A stretch of 64,000 nt of DNA from Methanobacteriota archaeon (lineage in GTDB: Archaea > Halobacteriota > Bog-38 > Methanoflorentales > Methanoflorentaceae), in NCBI GenBank assembly GCA_963719035.1, contig CAVRAO010000002.1, forward strand, positions 64,001-128,000, in the 5' to 3' direction. The notes beneath the pieces were generated by a model. The model had not been told where the DNA came from, did no database searches, and saw only the letters and a program-made list of their open reading frames with translations. Within the stretch, counting starts at the first letter, position 1. The number at the start of each line of letters is the position of its first letter. A program made the position numbers and the translations under genes. Positions 11,015 to 21,229 of this stretch are shown in pieces.

Positions 11015-12289
11015 TTGTATAGATCATATGCTGAGATGCCAAAAATCGAGCTCCCAGGCGATATAGACGTTAAGATTAGCGACAGCACATTAAGAGACGG
11101 GGCACAAATGCCCGGAATCGTGCTTAAGAAAGCGCAAAAGCTTAGGATATTTGAATTATTGCACGATATGGGTATAGAAAAGCTGGAGTGCTTCCTCTTC
11201 AACGAGCGTGATCGCGTGTTAGCCCGCGAAATGCTTGGCTGTGGTTATGAACTCCCTGAGGTTACCGGGTGGGCGCGCGCTAACACGGAAGACATCGACA
11301 TGAGCATCAGTATGGAAGGCATAAATGAGGTGGGCATCCTCATGTCTATATCGGATACGCATATTTTCGACAAACTTGGCTTCGTAGATCGAGAACAGGC
11401 GCGCGACAAGTATACTGAAGCCCTTCAATATGCAGTGGATCATGGGCTGAAGGTTCGATGCCATCTTGAAGATATTACGCGAGCAGATATCCCCAACTTC
11501 GTTATCCCCTTGGTGAAGGATTTACTAAGCATTGCCCCTGATGCGATTTTCAGAATCTGTGATACTCTGAATTATGGCTTGCCGTTCGAAGAGACCCCAT
11601 TGCCGTACAGTATACCCAAGATCGTGCGTAACTTTAAAGAGATTGGTGCGGCGAATCTCGAAATGCACGTTCACGATGATTTTGGGCTCGGCGTGGCTAA
11701 CACTTTAGCAGGATACTGGCACGGAGCGAATTGGTCAAGCTTGACCTTCATGGGTGTAGGAGAGCGGGCAGGAAATACCGAGCTTGAAAAGATTTTAACC
11801 TTCCTTTTCTGCCGAGTCAAAGGGTTTGAAAGGTATAACCCCCGACCAGTAACAGAGCTTACACGCTATTTAGAACATGAGCTTGCTTTTAGACTACCAA
11901 GGAACAAGGCCATCGTCGGTGAAAATATTTTCGCTCACGAGAGTGGCATACATACCGACGGCGTCTTGAAGAACCCTTTTACGTACGAGCCATTTCCTCC
12001 TGAGGTTGTAGGTGCAAAACGAGTTCTGCTTATTGGAGACTCGTCTGGGAGGGAAGTGGTCCGCCACAAGATGCAGGAAGTGTTGAACGAGCTTTTGGGC
12101 GTTGAAGTAAGCTTAAGGAAAAACGACCGCCGGATCAAGATGATCTGCAACGACATACATAAGCTCTACGACGAAGAGGCCCGCAATTCAAGCGTTTCAG
12201 ATGATGAGTTGAAGGAATACGCCATCAAGTACTTCCTGACTAGCGAGGAAGTGTTCCCACCCTGGATTGTTCACACGCGTTATGAATAA
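11015..12289 (+). CDS. DRE-TIM acetyl-CoA condensing enzyme, Re-citrate-synthase-like
   Basis: DSTLRDG, HVHDD, GERAGN; RCHLEDITRAD and SDTHIFDKL resemble clostridial Re-citrate synthase; TTG start 9 nt after GGAGG. Confidence 0.75.
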   Translation: MYRSYAEMPKIELPGDIDVKISDSTLRDGAQMPGIVLKKAQKLRIFELLHDMGIEKLECFLFNERDRVLAREMLGCGYELPEVTGWARANTEDIDMSISMEGINEVGILMSISDTHIFDKLGFVDREQARDKYTEALQYAVDHGLKVRCHLEDITRADIPNFVIPLVKDLLSIAPDAIFRICDTLNYGLPFEETPLPYSIPKIVRNFKEIGAANLEMHVHDDFGLGVANTLAGYWHGANWSSLTFMGVGERAGNTELEKILTFLFCRVKGFERYNPRPVTELTRYLEHELAFRLPRNKAIVGENIFAHESGIHTDGVLKNPFTYEPFPPEVVGAKRVLLIGDSSGREVVRHKMQEVLNELLGVEVSLRKNDRRIKMICNDIHKLYDEEARNSSVSDDELKEYAIKYFLTSEEVFPPWIVHTRYE

Positions 12290-12296
12290 TTAGCTC

Positions 12297-12596
12297 GTGG
12301 AGGCAGGAATTACGAAGGAATGTCGCTTTCGCCGGCGCGATAACATCTCGCTCGGCGGTGGAAACCTCGAGTACCATTCGTGTTCCCTTGCCGGCGAGGG
12401 CATTATGATTCACCAAGCACAGTGCGATGAGTGCGGGATTGAGCAGCTATTGCGGAGTTTTGACTGTCGTCACATGCGACCACAGAAGCGGTTCACAAGC
12501 GGAGGAGAGTCGAAGGAGTGTGTGAGCTGCGCCGTGAAGGGTAGCGTATTAGATAAAAGGCGCAGCACATGCGTAGCGTGTCCAGAGAAAGAGTAG
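12297..12596 (+). CDS. Small Cys-rich protein with two Cys4 repeats
   Basis: 99 aa, starts 7 nt after synthase stop; two C-x19/20-C-x13-C-x2-C modules. Confidence 0.65.
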   Translation: MEAGITKECRFRRRDNISLGGGNLEYHSCSLAGEGIMIHQAQCDECGIEQLLRSFDCRHMRPQKRFTSGGESKECVSCAVKGSVLDKRRSTCVACPEKE

Positions 12597-12614
12597 CTAC
12601 GTTTCTGCCTACAA

Positions 12615-13643
12615 TTATCTCCTTTTCACGTAGCTTTCGACCTTGTCGATAATGCAGTCAACAACTTGGCTTGTACGAAGGCCACCTCCAAGGTCGTACG
12701 TTGTCTTGCCTTCGGCAATTACCTCTTGTAGGGCTTCGAAGATCATAGTTGACTCTTGCGAGCTGCCTAAATAATCGAGCATCCAAGCTCCAGCGAGCAC
12801 AGAGGCAGTGGGATTTACTTTATCAAGGTTCCGGTACTTTGGAGCAGATCCGTGAGCGGGTTCAAACATCGCATAGTTGTCGCCAAAATTAGCCGAATAG
12901 ATCATGCCAATACTGCCTACTAACGCCGCGCATTCTTCGCTAATAATGTCCATAAAGAGGTTGGTCGAAAGCAATATCGACTTGTTGAATATTTGTGGGT
13001 TTTTCACAAGTTGTTGTGCCACGTTGTCTACGTGATATTCCCACAGGTCGATACTCGGATAGTCACTCTTTGTCTCTCGAACAGCTTGGAGAAAAGCGCC
13101 GTCCGTCTGTTTCAGTATGTTACTTTTGTGGATCGCGACAACGGTTTTCCAATTTCGCTTTTTTGTCTCTTTAAAAGCAAATTTGGCGATTTTTCGGCTC
13201 GCCGATTTCGTGATTTTTCGCAGAGCGACAAACATATCGGCTGAGAGTTGTACTTCACTGCCTGCGTACATACCTTCAGTCGCTTCACGCACACATACAA
13301 AGTCTACGTCACCAAGAGGACGGGGTGTGTTGGTAAACGTCTTTATTGGACGAACGTTTGCGTAGAGATCCATCTCTTGTCTAATAGTGACCGCTACACT
13401 GCGCGGGGAGCCCGGCCCTCCCGGAGTTGTAGTCGGCCCTTTGAAACAGGCTTGAGTTGAATTAATCACGTCTCGAGTCTCATCGGGAATCAATGAGTCC
13501 CCTGCGTGAGATTCGTACCAGTCGCTTCCGGCTTGACATAGGATCATGTTTACTGGCGCTCCTGTAGCAGTCATGACACGCATCGTTGCCTTGACTAACT
13601 CAGGTCCGACCCCATCTCCCAGAATTACAGCTACATCTTGCAT
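12615..13643 (-). CDS. Isocitrate/isopropylmalate dehydrogenase family, probably isocitrate dehydrogenase
   Basis: GDGVGPE, KGPTTTP..RSVAVTIRQ, EPAHGSAP motifs. Confidence 0.85.
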   Translation of the reverse strand: MQDVAVILGDGVGPELVKATMRVMTATGAPVNMILCQAGSDWYESHAGDSLIPDETRDVINSTQACFKGPTTTPGGPGSPRSVAVTIRQEMDLYANVRPIKTFTNTPRPLGDVDFVCVREATEGMYAGSEVQLSADMFVALRKITKSASRKIAKFAFKETKKRNWKTVVAIHKSNILKQTDGAFLQAVRETKSDYPSIDLWEYHVDNVAQQLVKNPQIFNKSILLSTNLFMDIISEECAALVGSIGMIYSANFGDNYAMFEPAHGSAPKYRNLDKVNPTASVLAGAWMLDYLGSSQESTMIFEALQEVIAEGKTTYDLGGGLRTSQVVDCIIDKVESYVKRR

Positions 13644-13687
13644 TAACCTCACCCAATGGCGTTGTCGTTAAAAGGTCGTCGAGCTGA

Positions 13688-14200
13688 TCAGTCCGTATAT
13701 CCCCCACAGGCGTCTAAGTAGGGCATTAGTCCACCTTTCTCGAGCAATTCTTGCATAAACGTTGGAATTGGCTTGAAACGGAGTTCTATTTGTCGATACT
13801 CGTTGCGAATTACTCCCGCATCAAAATTCACTTCTAGGTCTTCTCCCGGGGCCACCTCTTTCGAGATGCCCGCACATTCTATAAGAGGAAGACCTATGTT
13901 GAAGCTATTTCGGTAGAATATCCGTGCAAAGGACTCTGCGATGATGCACGAGATACCACAAGCTTTGAGAACCTGTGGCGCCTGTTCTCTTGACGAACCG
14001 CACCCAAAGTTTGCCGCTGCAACGAGAATAGGATTTCTTAAACCTTGGCAATCCTCATAAAAGTGCGAATCGATTGATTCAAAAGTATGTTTAGCAAGCT
14101 TGTTCAAATCGAGCTCATCATACTTGTACTTCCCTGAAATAATTTCATCCGTGTTGGTATCGCTAGGGAATACTCTGACAACCTCTCCTTTAATGTTCAT
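13688..14200 (-). CDS. LeuD/HacB-type dehydratase small subunit
   Basis: [28 protein letters not shown] motifs. Confidence 0.9.
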   Translation of the reverse strand: MNIKGEVVRVFPSDTNTDEIISGKYKYDELDLNKLAKHTFESIDSHFYEDCQGLRNPILVAAANFGCGSSREQAPQVLKACGISCIIAESFARIFYRNSFNIGLPLIECAGISKEVAPGEDLEVNFDAGVIRNEYRQIELRFKPIPTFMQELLEKGGLMPYLDACGGYTD

Positions 14201-14223
14201 AGCTCTATCCTTTCTTATGTGTT

Positions 14224-15465
14224 CTAGCCATCGCGATTTCGTGGATCTGTGATACTTCCCTCGATGGCGCTTGCTGCTGCCGTTGATGGACTCGAAAGGT
14301 AAATAAATGACTTGTCGTTGCCCATCCTGCCCTTAAAGTTCCTATTTTGAGTAGAGAGGGCGACTTCATCGTCTCCTAAAGCAACTGTCCTCCCGATGCA
14401 AAAACCACACCCTGGCGGGCCAATAGAGGCACCTGCCTTTAGGAATGTCTCTATGATGCCTTCTTTTAGTGCCTCGAGAAGGACTCCGCGGCTTGCTGGA
14501 TACACCACTAGTCGAGCTCTGCTTCGATGGCCTTTCAAAATGCGTGCCGCGTCTCGAAGATCTTCAATTCGCCCGTTCGTGCACGAACCAATGCATACTT
14601 GATCAAGCTCTGTGCCTTCAAGCTCTGTTACTGGCACGACGTTATCGACCCTATGAGGTTTAGCAATCATAGGAACGACGGTATCGGCGCTTATGTGAAC
14701 CTGTTTGGCATACACAGCGCCCTCATCAGGGTACAACGGTTTGAAATCATTACTTCGGCCGTAGCGCGTCAAATACGCTTTTACTTTTTCATCTGCAGCG
14801 CAGAGACCGACTTTAGCACCGGCTTCGATGGACATGTTAGAGAGTGTAGCGCGCGATTCGACACTCATCGCCTCAACCGTTTCGCCGCAGAATTCGAGCG
14901 CTTTGTATGTAGCCCCATCTGCCGTTATTCGCGACACAAGCTCTAAGAAGACGTCTTTTGAGTGAACGTTTTGAGGGAGTTCTCCGGAGACTTCCACCTT
15001 AACAGTCTCTGGGACCTTTAACCACGTTTTTCCGTATGCCATAACAGCGGCCACGTCGGTCGACCCCATACCGGTGGCAAAAGCACCAAGTGCTCCATGG
15101 GTGCACGTGTGGCTATCGCCCCCAACTATTACTTGGTAGGGCGATGCATACCTCTCGAGAACAATTTGATGACAGATCCCGTCTCCGTTTTCATAGAAAT
15201 CCATGCCGTAACGGCGGGCAAACTGTCGCATAAAAGCTTGAACGTTTGACACTTTTTCAGAAGGTGAGGGTGAAGCATGATCACAGAAAGCAACCACCTT
15301 CTTCGGATGCTTGACTATATGGTCGCCAAGTTGCTGAATCGCGAGTGGCAGCGTGCCGTCATGAGCGAAAACTAAATCGACCGGCACGGCTACTATCTCC
15401 CCACTTTCAGCATCCACCCCACTTCGGTTTGATAGTATTCTCTCAGAAATCGTTTTCAATGGCAC
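14224..15465 (-). CDS. LeuC/HacA-type [4Fe-4S] dehydratase large subunit
   Basis: [29 protein letters not shown] motifs. Confidence 0.92.
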   Translation of the reverse strand: MPLKTISERILSNRSGVDAESGEIVAVPVDLVFAHDGTLPLAIQQLGDHIVKHPKKVVAFCDHASPSPSEKVSNVQAFMRQFARRYGMDFYENGDGICHQIVLERYASPYQVIVGGDSHTCTHGALGAFATGMGSTDVAAVMAYGKTWLKVPETVKVEVSGELPQNVHSKDVFLELVSRITADGATYKALEFCGETVEAMSVESRATLSNMSIEAGAKVGLCAADEKVKAYLTRYGRSNDFKPLYPDEGAVYAKQVHISADTVVPMIAKPHRVDNVVPVTELEGTELDQVCIGSCTNGRIEDLRDAARILKGHRSRARLVVYPASRGVLLEALKEGIIETFLKAGASIGPPGCGFCIGRTVALGDDEVALSTQNRNFKGRMGNDKSFIYLSSPSTAAASAIEGSITDPRNRDG

Positions 15466-15590
15466 TCCCTCAGAAAATTAACCCTAAGTATTGCTTAATA
15501 CGAACTTTATAGCTTAAAATCATCGCGTAGCGACTATTATTCTTAATATAAATACGCTTAGTTAGCGTTTATCTCTTCCGGTGAGCGCCT

Positions 15591-16284
15591 CTAACGATTG
15601 CCTCCACTCACACGCGCCGGCCGCTTGGCTCGCCTCGATCGTAATACGTACACGAGAATAACGACTGCTAAGACGAGAAATACCGCAACCACAATGTTGT
15701 AGTAGGAAGCAGCAATGTCGTGCCAGTTAGCACCTAGATAGAACCCCGCAAAAGCCAATGCAGCGTTCCACGGCAATGAGCCTAAAAAAGTGTAAGTAGA
15801 GAACTTCTTTAGATCCATTCTACAGATTCCCGCGGGGATAGACGAGTAAGCCCGTACGCCGGGAATCATTCTGCTTAAAAAAAACGAAAATCTCTCCATA
15901 TTTTTCAAACCATTCATTTGCGAGGTGCAGTTCACGTTCAGTAATTCCCACATACTTCCCGTAGCGTTCAAAAAAATAATTACCGCCAAAAAAAGCAATG
16001 AAATACGTAATGAGCGAGCCAACGAGACACGCGAAAGTACCAACAATAACCACTATCCAAAAGTCAAAGCGCCCTAAATAGGCTAGATAGCCCGCGTAGG
16101 GCAATATTATCTCGCTCGGCAGCGGAATACCAATGCTCTCTATAACCATTCCTATGAAAATGCCAGCATACCCGTATGTGTCGATTACACCGAGGATAAA
16201 AGTTGAAACCTCTAGTAGCCAATTGTACAGCTGATCGAGGAAGGATTGCGCAATTAATGATTGTATTAGGTGCAGGTTATACAT
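15591..16284 (-). CDS. DedA family membrane protein, frameshift in homopolymer near 15880
   Basis: ESIGIPLPSE in 5' ORF; SRMIPGVR in 3' ORF; break lies in a poly-T run on the coding strand. Confidence 0.85.
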
Positions 16285-16584
16285 GTGTTCTCGAGTACTG
16301 GTGCTTTTGAAAGCTCATAGCCAAAAAACTCTCTGACTTGCTTTCTTTTTTTGCAACATAAAAAAAAACGTGAATTGGGGCAAAAATTGAGCCCAACTTA
16401 ATTTGGTCCGCTTTGATGAATGACTAAGTTTGTTTCACCTGCGCAACGCTCGAGGAGTAAAAGAGCTTTTCGATTTCATCTCATTCTCCTCAGCTACTGT
16501 GATAGACGATAGAGAGCAAGAAACGTGCGATGAAGCTATGCAAGAGCCCCTCCATGTAGAGAATTTGTGAATTGGGGCAAATTA

Positions 16585-17862
16585 TCACAAACTGTGTGAT
16601 CGTTTGAGGAAGTAAAGCGCAATAGGGATGCCGAGAACTACCCCAAGAATTCGCGATATCGTCGTCGAATATGCAGCCCCTAAGGCACCTAAAGTTGGGA
16701 TCAAGATCCAATTCAAACCAATATTTGCCCCAGCCATATAAGTCGCGTTTAGCACGTGTACCTTTTGATTGTCAGTTGCATCCAACAGCAGAGACGTTGG
16801 GATAGTCAGCAGATTGATGGCAAATCCTATTATAAGAACGTTGATAAAAACGATAGAATCTGCGAAGTTGGGACCGAAGGCGAAAATCATTACCTGGCCC
16901 CCGAACGCATACGTTATTCCAACTGCGACGAGCCCGGCTACGGCAAAGTAGCCAAGGTATTTGAAATATTCTTTTTTGGAAATCTTTCTCTCATGCACTG
17001 CTTTACAGATTATTGGAAAAAATGCACTTGTCAATGCAACGACGGCCATATCACCAATACCTATATAACTTACTGCAGGCGTGTAAAGTCCGACCTGCGT
17101 CATGGTCGACAACAGTGAGATCAGGATGGTATCTACGTGCTGCCATATCATCCCAAGCATTCCTGCAAGTCCGAACCACATAGCGGGTATTAGTATTGCA
17201 CGGTCGAATATTGGCCTGAAGTTCAGCTTATAGTCGTCAATTCGCCGGCTGAGTATGAAATTCAGCATCAAGCTGGCAAAGGCAGCGATAATGATCGCAA
17301 GTATGACACCAGGCACGCCAAGTCCTGCAATCAGAAAGACGAACGCCAACGTGGCAAAAGTGATTCGCTCGGCAATCTGAATGATCGAGATATACTTCAT
17401 GTCCTGGTAAATGCAGAATACCGCGCTGAACAAGCTGCCTATGCCGCCCATTACGAGCGTGACCGACATTAAGACGATCAGCACTTTGACCTCGAGTGAA
17501 TACGGCGTGAGGAGAGCGAATACGATTACGACAAACATCGTCGCAAGGGACATGAGAAGCTTAAGGCCCATCGAGCTAAAAATGAGCTTATGGGTATCTT
17601 CGGGCTTTTTGGCCCCTTCACGAATTATGACCGTGTTGATTCCGAAATCAGTAAAAATGCCGAACAAAGAGACGAACGAGATCACCGTGATATAGGATCC
17701 AAAGTCTGAGATCGGGAGTGTGCGAGCGATGTAGATGGTGATAACAAACGAGATTACGGCCGAGATCGCATTTCCACTAAACAAAAACCCCGTGTTCGTA
17801 AGACCACGTGCAAGTGATCCAAGTTTTTGCTTGCTCTTACCTTCGCACTTGGTTTGTGTCAT
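16585..17862 (-). CDS. Polysaccharide flippase (Wzx/MOP family), copy A
   Basis: Many TM helices; ARTL..SDFG and DFGINT motifs; glycosylation gene context. Confidence 0.88.
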   Translation of the reverse strand: MTQTKCEGKSKQKLGSLARGLTNTGFLFSGNAISAVISFVITIYIARTLPISDFGSYITVISFVSLFGIFTDFGINTVIIREGAKKPEDTHKLIFSSMGLKLLMSLATMFVVIVFALLTPYSLEVKVLIVLMSVTLVMGGIGSLFSAVFCIYQDMKYISIIQIAERITFATLAFVFLIAGLGVPGVILAIIIAAFASLMLNFILSRRIDDYKLNFRPIFDRAILIPAMWFGLAGMLGMIWQHVDTILISLLSTMTQVGLYTPAVSYIGIGDMAVVALTSAFFPIICKAVHERKISKKEYFKYLGYFAVAGLVAVGITYAFGGQVMIFAFGPNFADSIVFINVLIIGFAINLLTIPTSLLLDATDNQKVHVLNATYMAGANIGLNWILIPTLGALGAAYSTTISRILGVVLGIPIALYFLKRSHSL

Positions 17863-17934
17863 CTTATCGGTGCTCACGTCCTTTAGCCGTATTGACAAAA
17901 AGTAGCAAAAATAGTCAAGCTCGGCCGGCTTATG

Positions 17935-18066
17935 TCAACTAACGTCTGCAATGCTCCCATAAATCCCCTCAAGTCGGTCGACAACAGCACTCCACGTGAA
18001 CTCATTGATGACTTTAGCCCTACCTCGGACACTTCTTTCACGTTCTAGTTCTTCATTGTCGAGAAT
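17935..18066 (-). pseudogene. Duplicated 3' fragment of the GT4 gene at 19752-20963
   Basis: Encodes ILDNEELERERSVRGRAKVINEFTWSAVVDRLEGIYGSI, same as that gene's C-terminus. Confidence 0.85.
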
Positions 18067-18396
18067 TTGTGTCACGTAGAGGTCACTCACGTTTCCTCGA
18101 GCACTTATATCCTTGAATGCTCCTCTCAAAAAACCTCTTTGTCTTTGCTTTCTTTTTTAACTATACGAATGAACGCTAAATTTAGCTCAAGAGGGATCCC
18201 CAGTTTGAGTTGGCCTGCGTTTGTCTAAGGATGACTAATCGTTTTTACGTGCGCAACGCTAGAGGAGAAAAAGAGCTTTTCGATTTCATTTCGTTCTTCT
18301 CTGTTACCTGTGGTAGACGATAGAGAGCAAGAAACGCGCAATACAAAAAAGCAAGAGATGCCTTTGAACAGAGTTTGCTTATACGGAGTAAAAATG

Positions 18397-19680
18397 TCAC
18401 AAACGGTGCGCCCGCTTGAGGAAGTAAAGCGCAATAGGGATGCCGAGAACTGCCCCTAGACTTTGCGATATCGTCGTCGCATACGCAGCCCCCAAGGCAC
18501 CTATAGTTGGGATCAGGATCCAATTCAAACCAATATTTACCCCTGTGAGATAGGTCGCGTTTAGCACGTGCACTTTTTGAAGGTTAGTTGCATCCAACAG
18601 CAGAGAGGTTGGGATGGTGACCAAATTCACAGCAAATCCTATGATAAGGATGTTGATGAAAACGATAGAATCTGCGAAGTTGGGACCGAAGAAAAAAACC
18701 ATCACCTGGCCCCCGAACGCATACGTTATTCCAACTGCGACGAGCCCGGCTACGGCAAAGTAGCCAAAGTACTTAGACAACTCTTTTCTGGAAATCTTTC
18801 TCTCATGCGCTGCTTTTGAGATTATGGGAAAAAATGCCCCTGTCAGTGCAATGACTGCCATATCGCCTATGCCGACATAGTTTACTGCAGGTGTGTAAAG
18901 TCCGACCTGTGTCATGGCGGAATTCGACAAAAGTGAGATCATGATGGTGTCTATTCGTTGCCATATGAACCCAAGCATTCCTGCAAGTCCGAACCACATA
19001 GCCGGTATTAGTATTGCACGGTCGAATATTGGCCTGAAGTTCAGCTTATAGTCGTCAATTCGCCGGCTGAGTATGAAATTCAGCATCAAGCTGGCAAAGG
19101 CAGCGATAATGATCGCAAGTATGACACCAGGCACGCCAAGTCCTGCAATCAGAAAGACGAACGCCAACGTGGCAAAAGTGATTCGCTCGGCAATCTGAAT
19201 GATCGAGATATACTTCATGTCCTGGTAAATGTTGAATACCGCGCTGAACATGCTCCCGACGCCGCCCATTACGAGCGTGACCGACATTAAGACGATCAGC
19301 ACTTTGACCTCGAGTGAATACGGCGTGAGGAGAGCGAATACGATTACGACAAACATCGTCGCAAGGGACATGAGAAGCTTAAGGCCCATCGAGCTAAAAA
19401 TGAGCTTATGGGTATCTTCGGGCTTTTTGGCCCCTTCACGAATTATGACCGTGTTGATTCCGAAATCAGTAAAAATGCCGAACAAAGAGACGAACGAGAT
19501 CACCGTGATATAGGATCCAAAGTCTGAGATCGGGAGTGTGCGAGCGATGTAGATGGTGATAACAAACGAGATTACGGCCGAGATCGCATTTCCACTAAAC
19601 AAAAGTCCTGTATTTTTGATACCACGTGCTAGTGATTCACGTCTTAGCTTGCCTCTATTCTCTCCATTGGTTTGTGTCAT
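18397..19680 (-). CDS. Polysaccharide flippase (Wzx/MOP family), copy B
   Basis: Close paralog of copy A. Confidence 0.88.
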   Translation of the reverse strand: MTQTNGENRGKLRRESLARGIKNTGLLFSGNAISAVISFVITIYIARTLPISDFGSYITVISFVSLFGIFTDFGINTVIIREGAKKPEDTHKLIFSSMGLKLLMSLATMFVVIVFALLTPYSLEVKVLIVLMSVTLVMGGVGSMFSAVFNIYQDMKYISIIQIAERITFATLAFVFLIAGLGVPGVILAIIIAAFASLMLNFILSRRIDDYKLNFRPIFDRAILIPAMWFGLAGMLGFIWQRIDTIMISLLSNSAMTQVGLYTPAVNYVGIGDMAVIALTGAFFPIISKAAHERKISRKELSKYFGYFAVAGLVAVGITYAFGGQVMVFFFGPNFADSIVFINILIIGFAVNLVTIPTSLLLDATNLQKVHVLNATYLTGVNIGLNWILIPTIGALGAAYATTISQSLGAVLGIPIALYFLKRAHRL

Positions 19681-19751
19681 CTTATCGGTGCTCACGTCCT
19701 TTGGCGGATTGAAAAAAGTAAGCAAAGATAGGCAGGCGCGGCCGGCTTATG

Positions 19752-20963
19752 TCAACTAACGTCTACAATGCTCCCATAAATCCCCTCAAGTCGGTCGACA
19801 ACAGCACTCCACGTGAACTCATTGATGACTTTAGCCCTACCTCGGACACTTCTTTCACGTTCTAGTTCTTCATTGTCGAGAATATCGACGATATTTCCAG
19901 CAAGAGCTCGGATATCTCCGTACTTAAATATTCTGCCGATATCGCCGACGACGTTAGGAATCCCTCCGACGTCTGAAGCTACGATCGGGGTTCCACAAGC
20001 CATAGCTTCGAGCAGAACAATGCCAAAAGCCTCCCACTCACTTGGCAGTACGAAAACGTTAGCAGCAGCATATCCTGACTTAAAGAGCTCAAAACTCTCT
20101 ATGTGGCCCGTGAACACGAAATAGTCGTCTAGATTACTCGCCCATATCTTCTTTTTAAGCCTTTTCAGGACCCCCCAGTCTTCGCCAACGATGACGAATT
20201 TTGTGTTCGGGTGCTTATCGACGACCTCATAAGAAGCATCGATGAGATGTTCCAGTCCCTTGTTGTCTGCTAGTCTTCCAGTATAAAGGACTATCTTTTC
20301 GTCGTTACCTATCCTATATCTACTTCTGAAAGGCTTGCCGTCAGGAATCGGGGTCCAGTCTTCTATATCTAGTCCATTTGGAACGGTCACGCACTTTCCT
20401 AAAGGTGCGAATCTTTCAATGAATTGCCTTTCACTATCTGTTACAGCTAGTATTGCGTCTACTATTTTGTAAACTCGCCGGGAAATAAAAAGATCGTCGA
20501 CACCCATTAGAAATCGTGAGACCGCTGATTCCCGATTAGAAGGTGGGTGAAAGTGGGGTGTAACAACGAGTGGCATTTGGTATTGCCCGTTTCGACGTCC
20601 TCGCTTTAGTTTTGCAGCTGCGCAAGCGAAAATTTGGTAGTACCTGTGCGAATGGGCGTGGACTACATCAGCGTCGGTCTCGAAAATTCTTTTGATCAAG
20701 CCTGGGATTGTCGGGTAAGACGCATACGGGGCGGGGTATCTTTTCACGGGCAGGCGCACTACTCTTACGCCGTTAACGTAACTGTCTGGAGCGTAGTTCT
20801 GAAAGCATTGCCAGGGCACTTGTGTTTTGAGATTTGTCGTATAGACAGTTACGTCGTGACCACGTTGCACTAACCGTTCTGAAATCTTTTGAATATGTGT
20901 TTCCACGCCGCCTGGAGCGAGATATCTGATGCACACTTGCGCTATTTTCAACTTTGTCACCAA
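19752..20963 (-). CDS. Glycosyltransferase family 4
   Basis: GGVE N-terminal motif; EAFGIVLLEAMACG. Confidence 0.92.
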   Translation of the reverse strand: MVTKLKIAQVCIRYLAPGGVETHIQKISERLVQRGHDVTVYTTNLKTQVPWQCFQNYAPDSYVNGVRVVRLPVKRYPAPYASYPTIPGLIKRIFETDADVVHAHSHRYYQIFACAAAKLKRGRRNGQYQMPLVVTPHFHPPSNRESAVSRFLMGVDDLFISRRVYKIVDAILAVTDSERQFIERFAPLGKCVTVPNGLDIEDWTPIPDGKPFRSRYRIGNDEKIVLYTGRLADNKGLEHLIDASYEVVDKHPNTKFVIVGEDWGVLKRLKKKIWASNLDDYFVFTGHIESFELFKSGYAAANVFVLPSEWEAFGIVLLEAMACGTPIVASDVGGIPNVVGDIGRIFKYGDIRALAGNIVDILDNEELERERSVRGRAKVINEFTWSAVVDRLEGIYGSIVDVS

Positions 20964-21229
20964 ATCTTCACTACTACTACGGTTAAGCGATTTTTGTGCT
21001 GACAGTCACTACGCTGCGCTGTATTTATTAGTAATATGACAGACAGATTATTGCTTACAACGCGTTTATCATAATTATCTAGGCAAAGTGGCGCAAACCC
21101 CCGGCAGTACGACCGTAATAAACACAAATTTCTTGCAAAAGGTGCACATATCAGTAACTAATTGCAGCACTGCAAACCCCAATATCGAGAAGCGCTTATG
21201 GTTCGAGATTGTAACGATATTATTGGCTT

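Larger units (their letters stand above)
16270..19883. repeat. Tandem direct duplication, unit about 1.8 kb (flippase gene, 3' tail of glycosyltransferase, flanks)
   Basis: 17922-18066 matches 19739-19883 almost exactly; the two flippases align end to end; 16285-16350 resembles 18090-18160; outer edges approximate. Confidence 0.9.

Noticed and set aside
10897-11202. 101-aa minus-strand ORF upstream of larA
   Set aside because: Mostly antisense to the synthase N-terminus, with no recognisable motif
12615-15465. Plain leuCDB or aksDEF labels
   Set aside because: Small-subunit loop and dehydrogenase motifs fit neither well, so gene symbols were withheld
15488-15501. GTATTGCTTAATAC near-palindrome before the dehydratase operon
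   Set aside because: Short, AT-rich, and no second copy found at the synthase promoter
17935-18129. 64-aa ORF as a new gene
   Set aside because: Chimera of duplication-junction sequence and the copied GT tail
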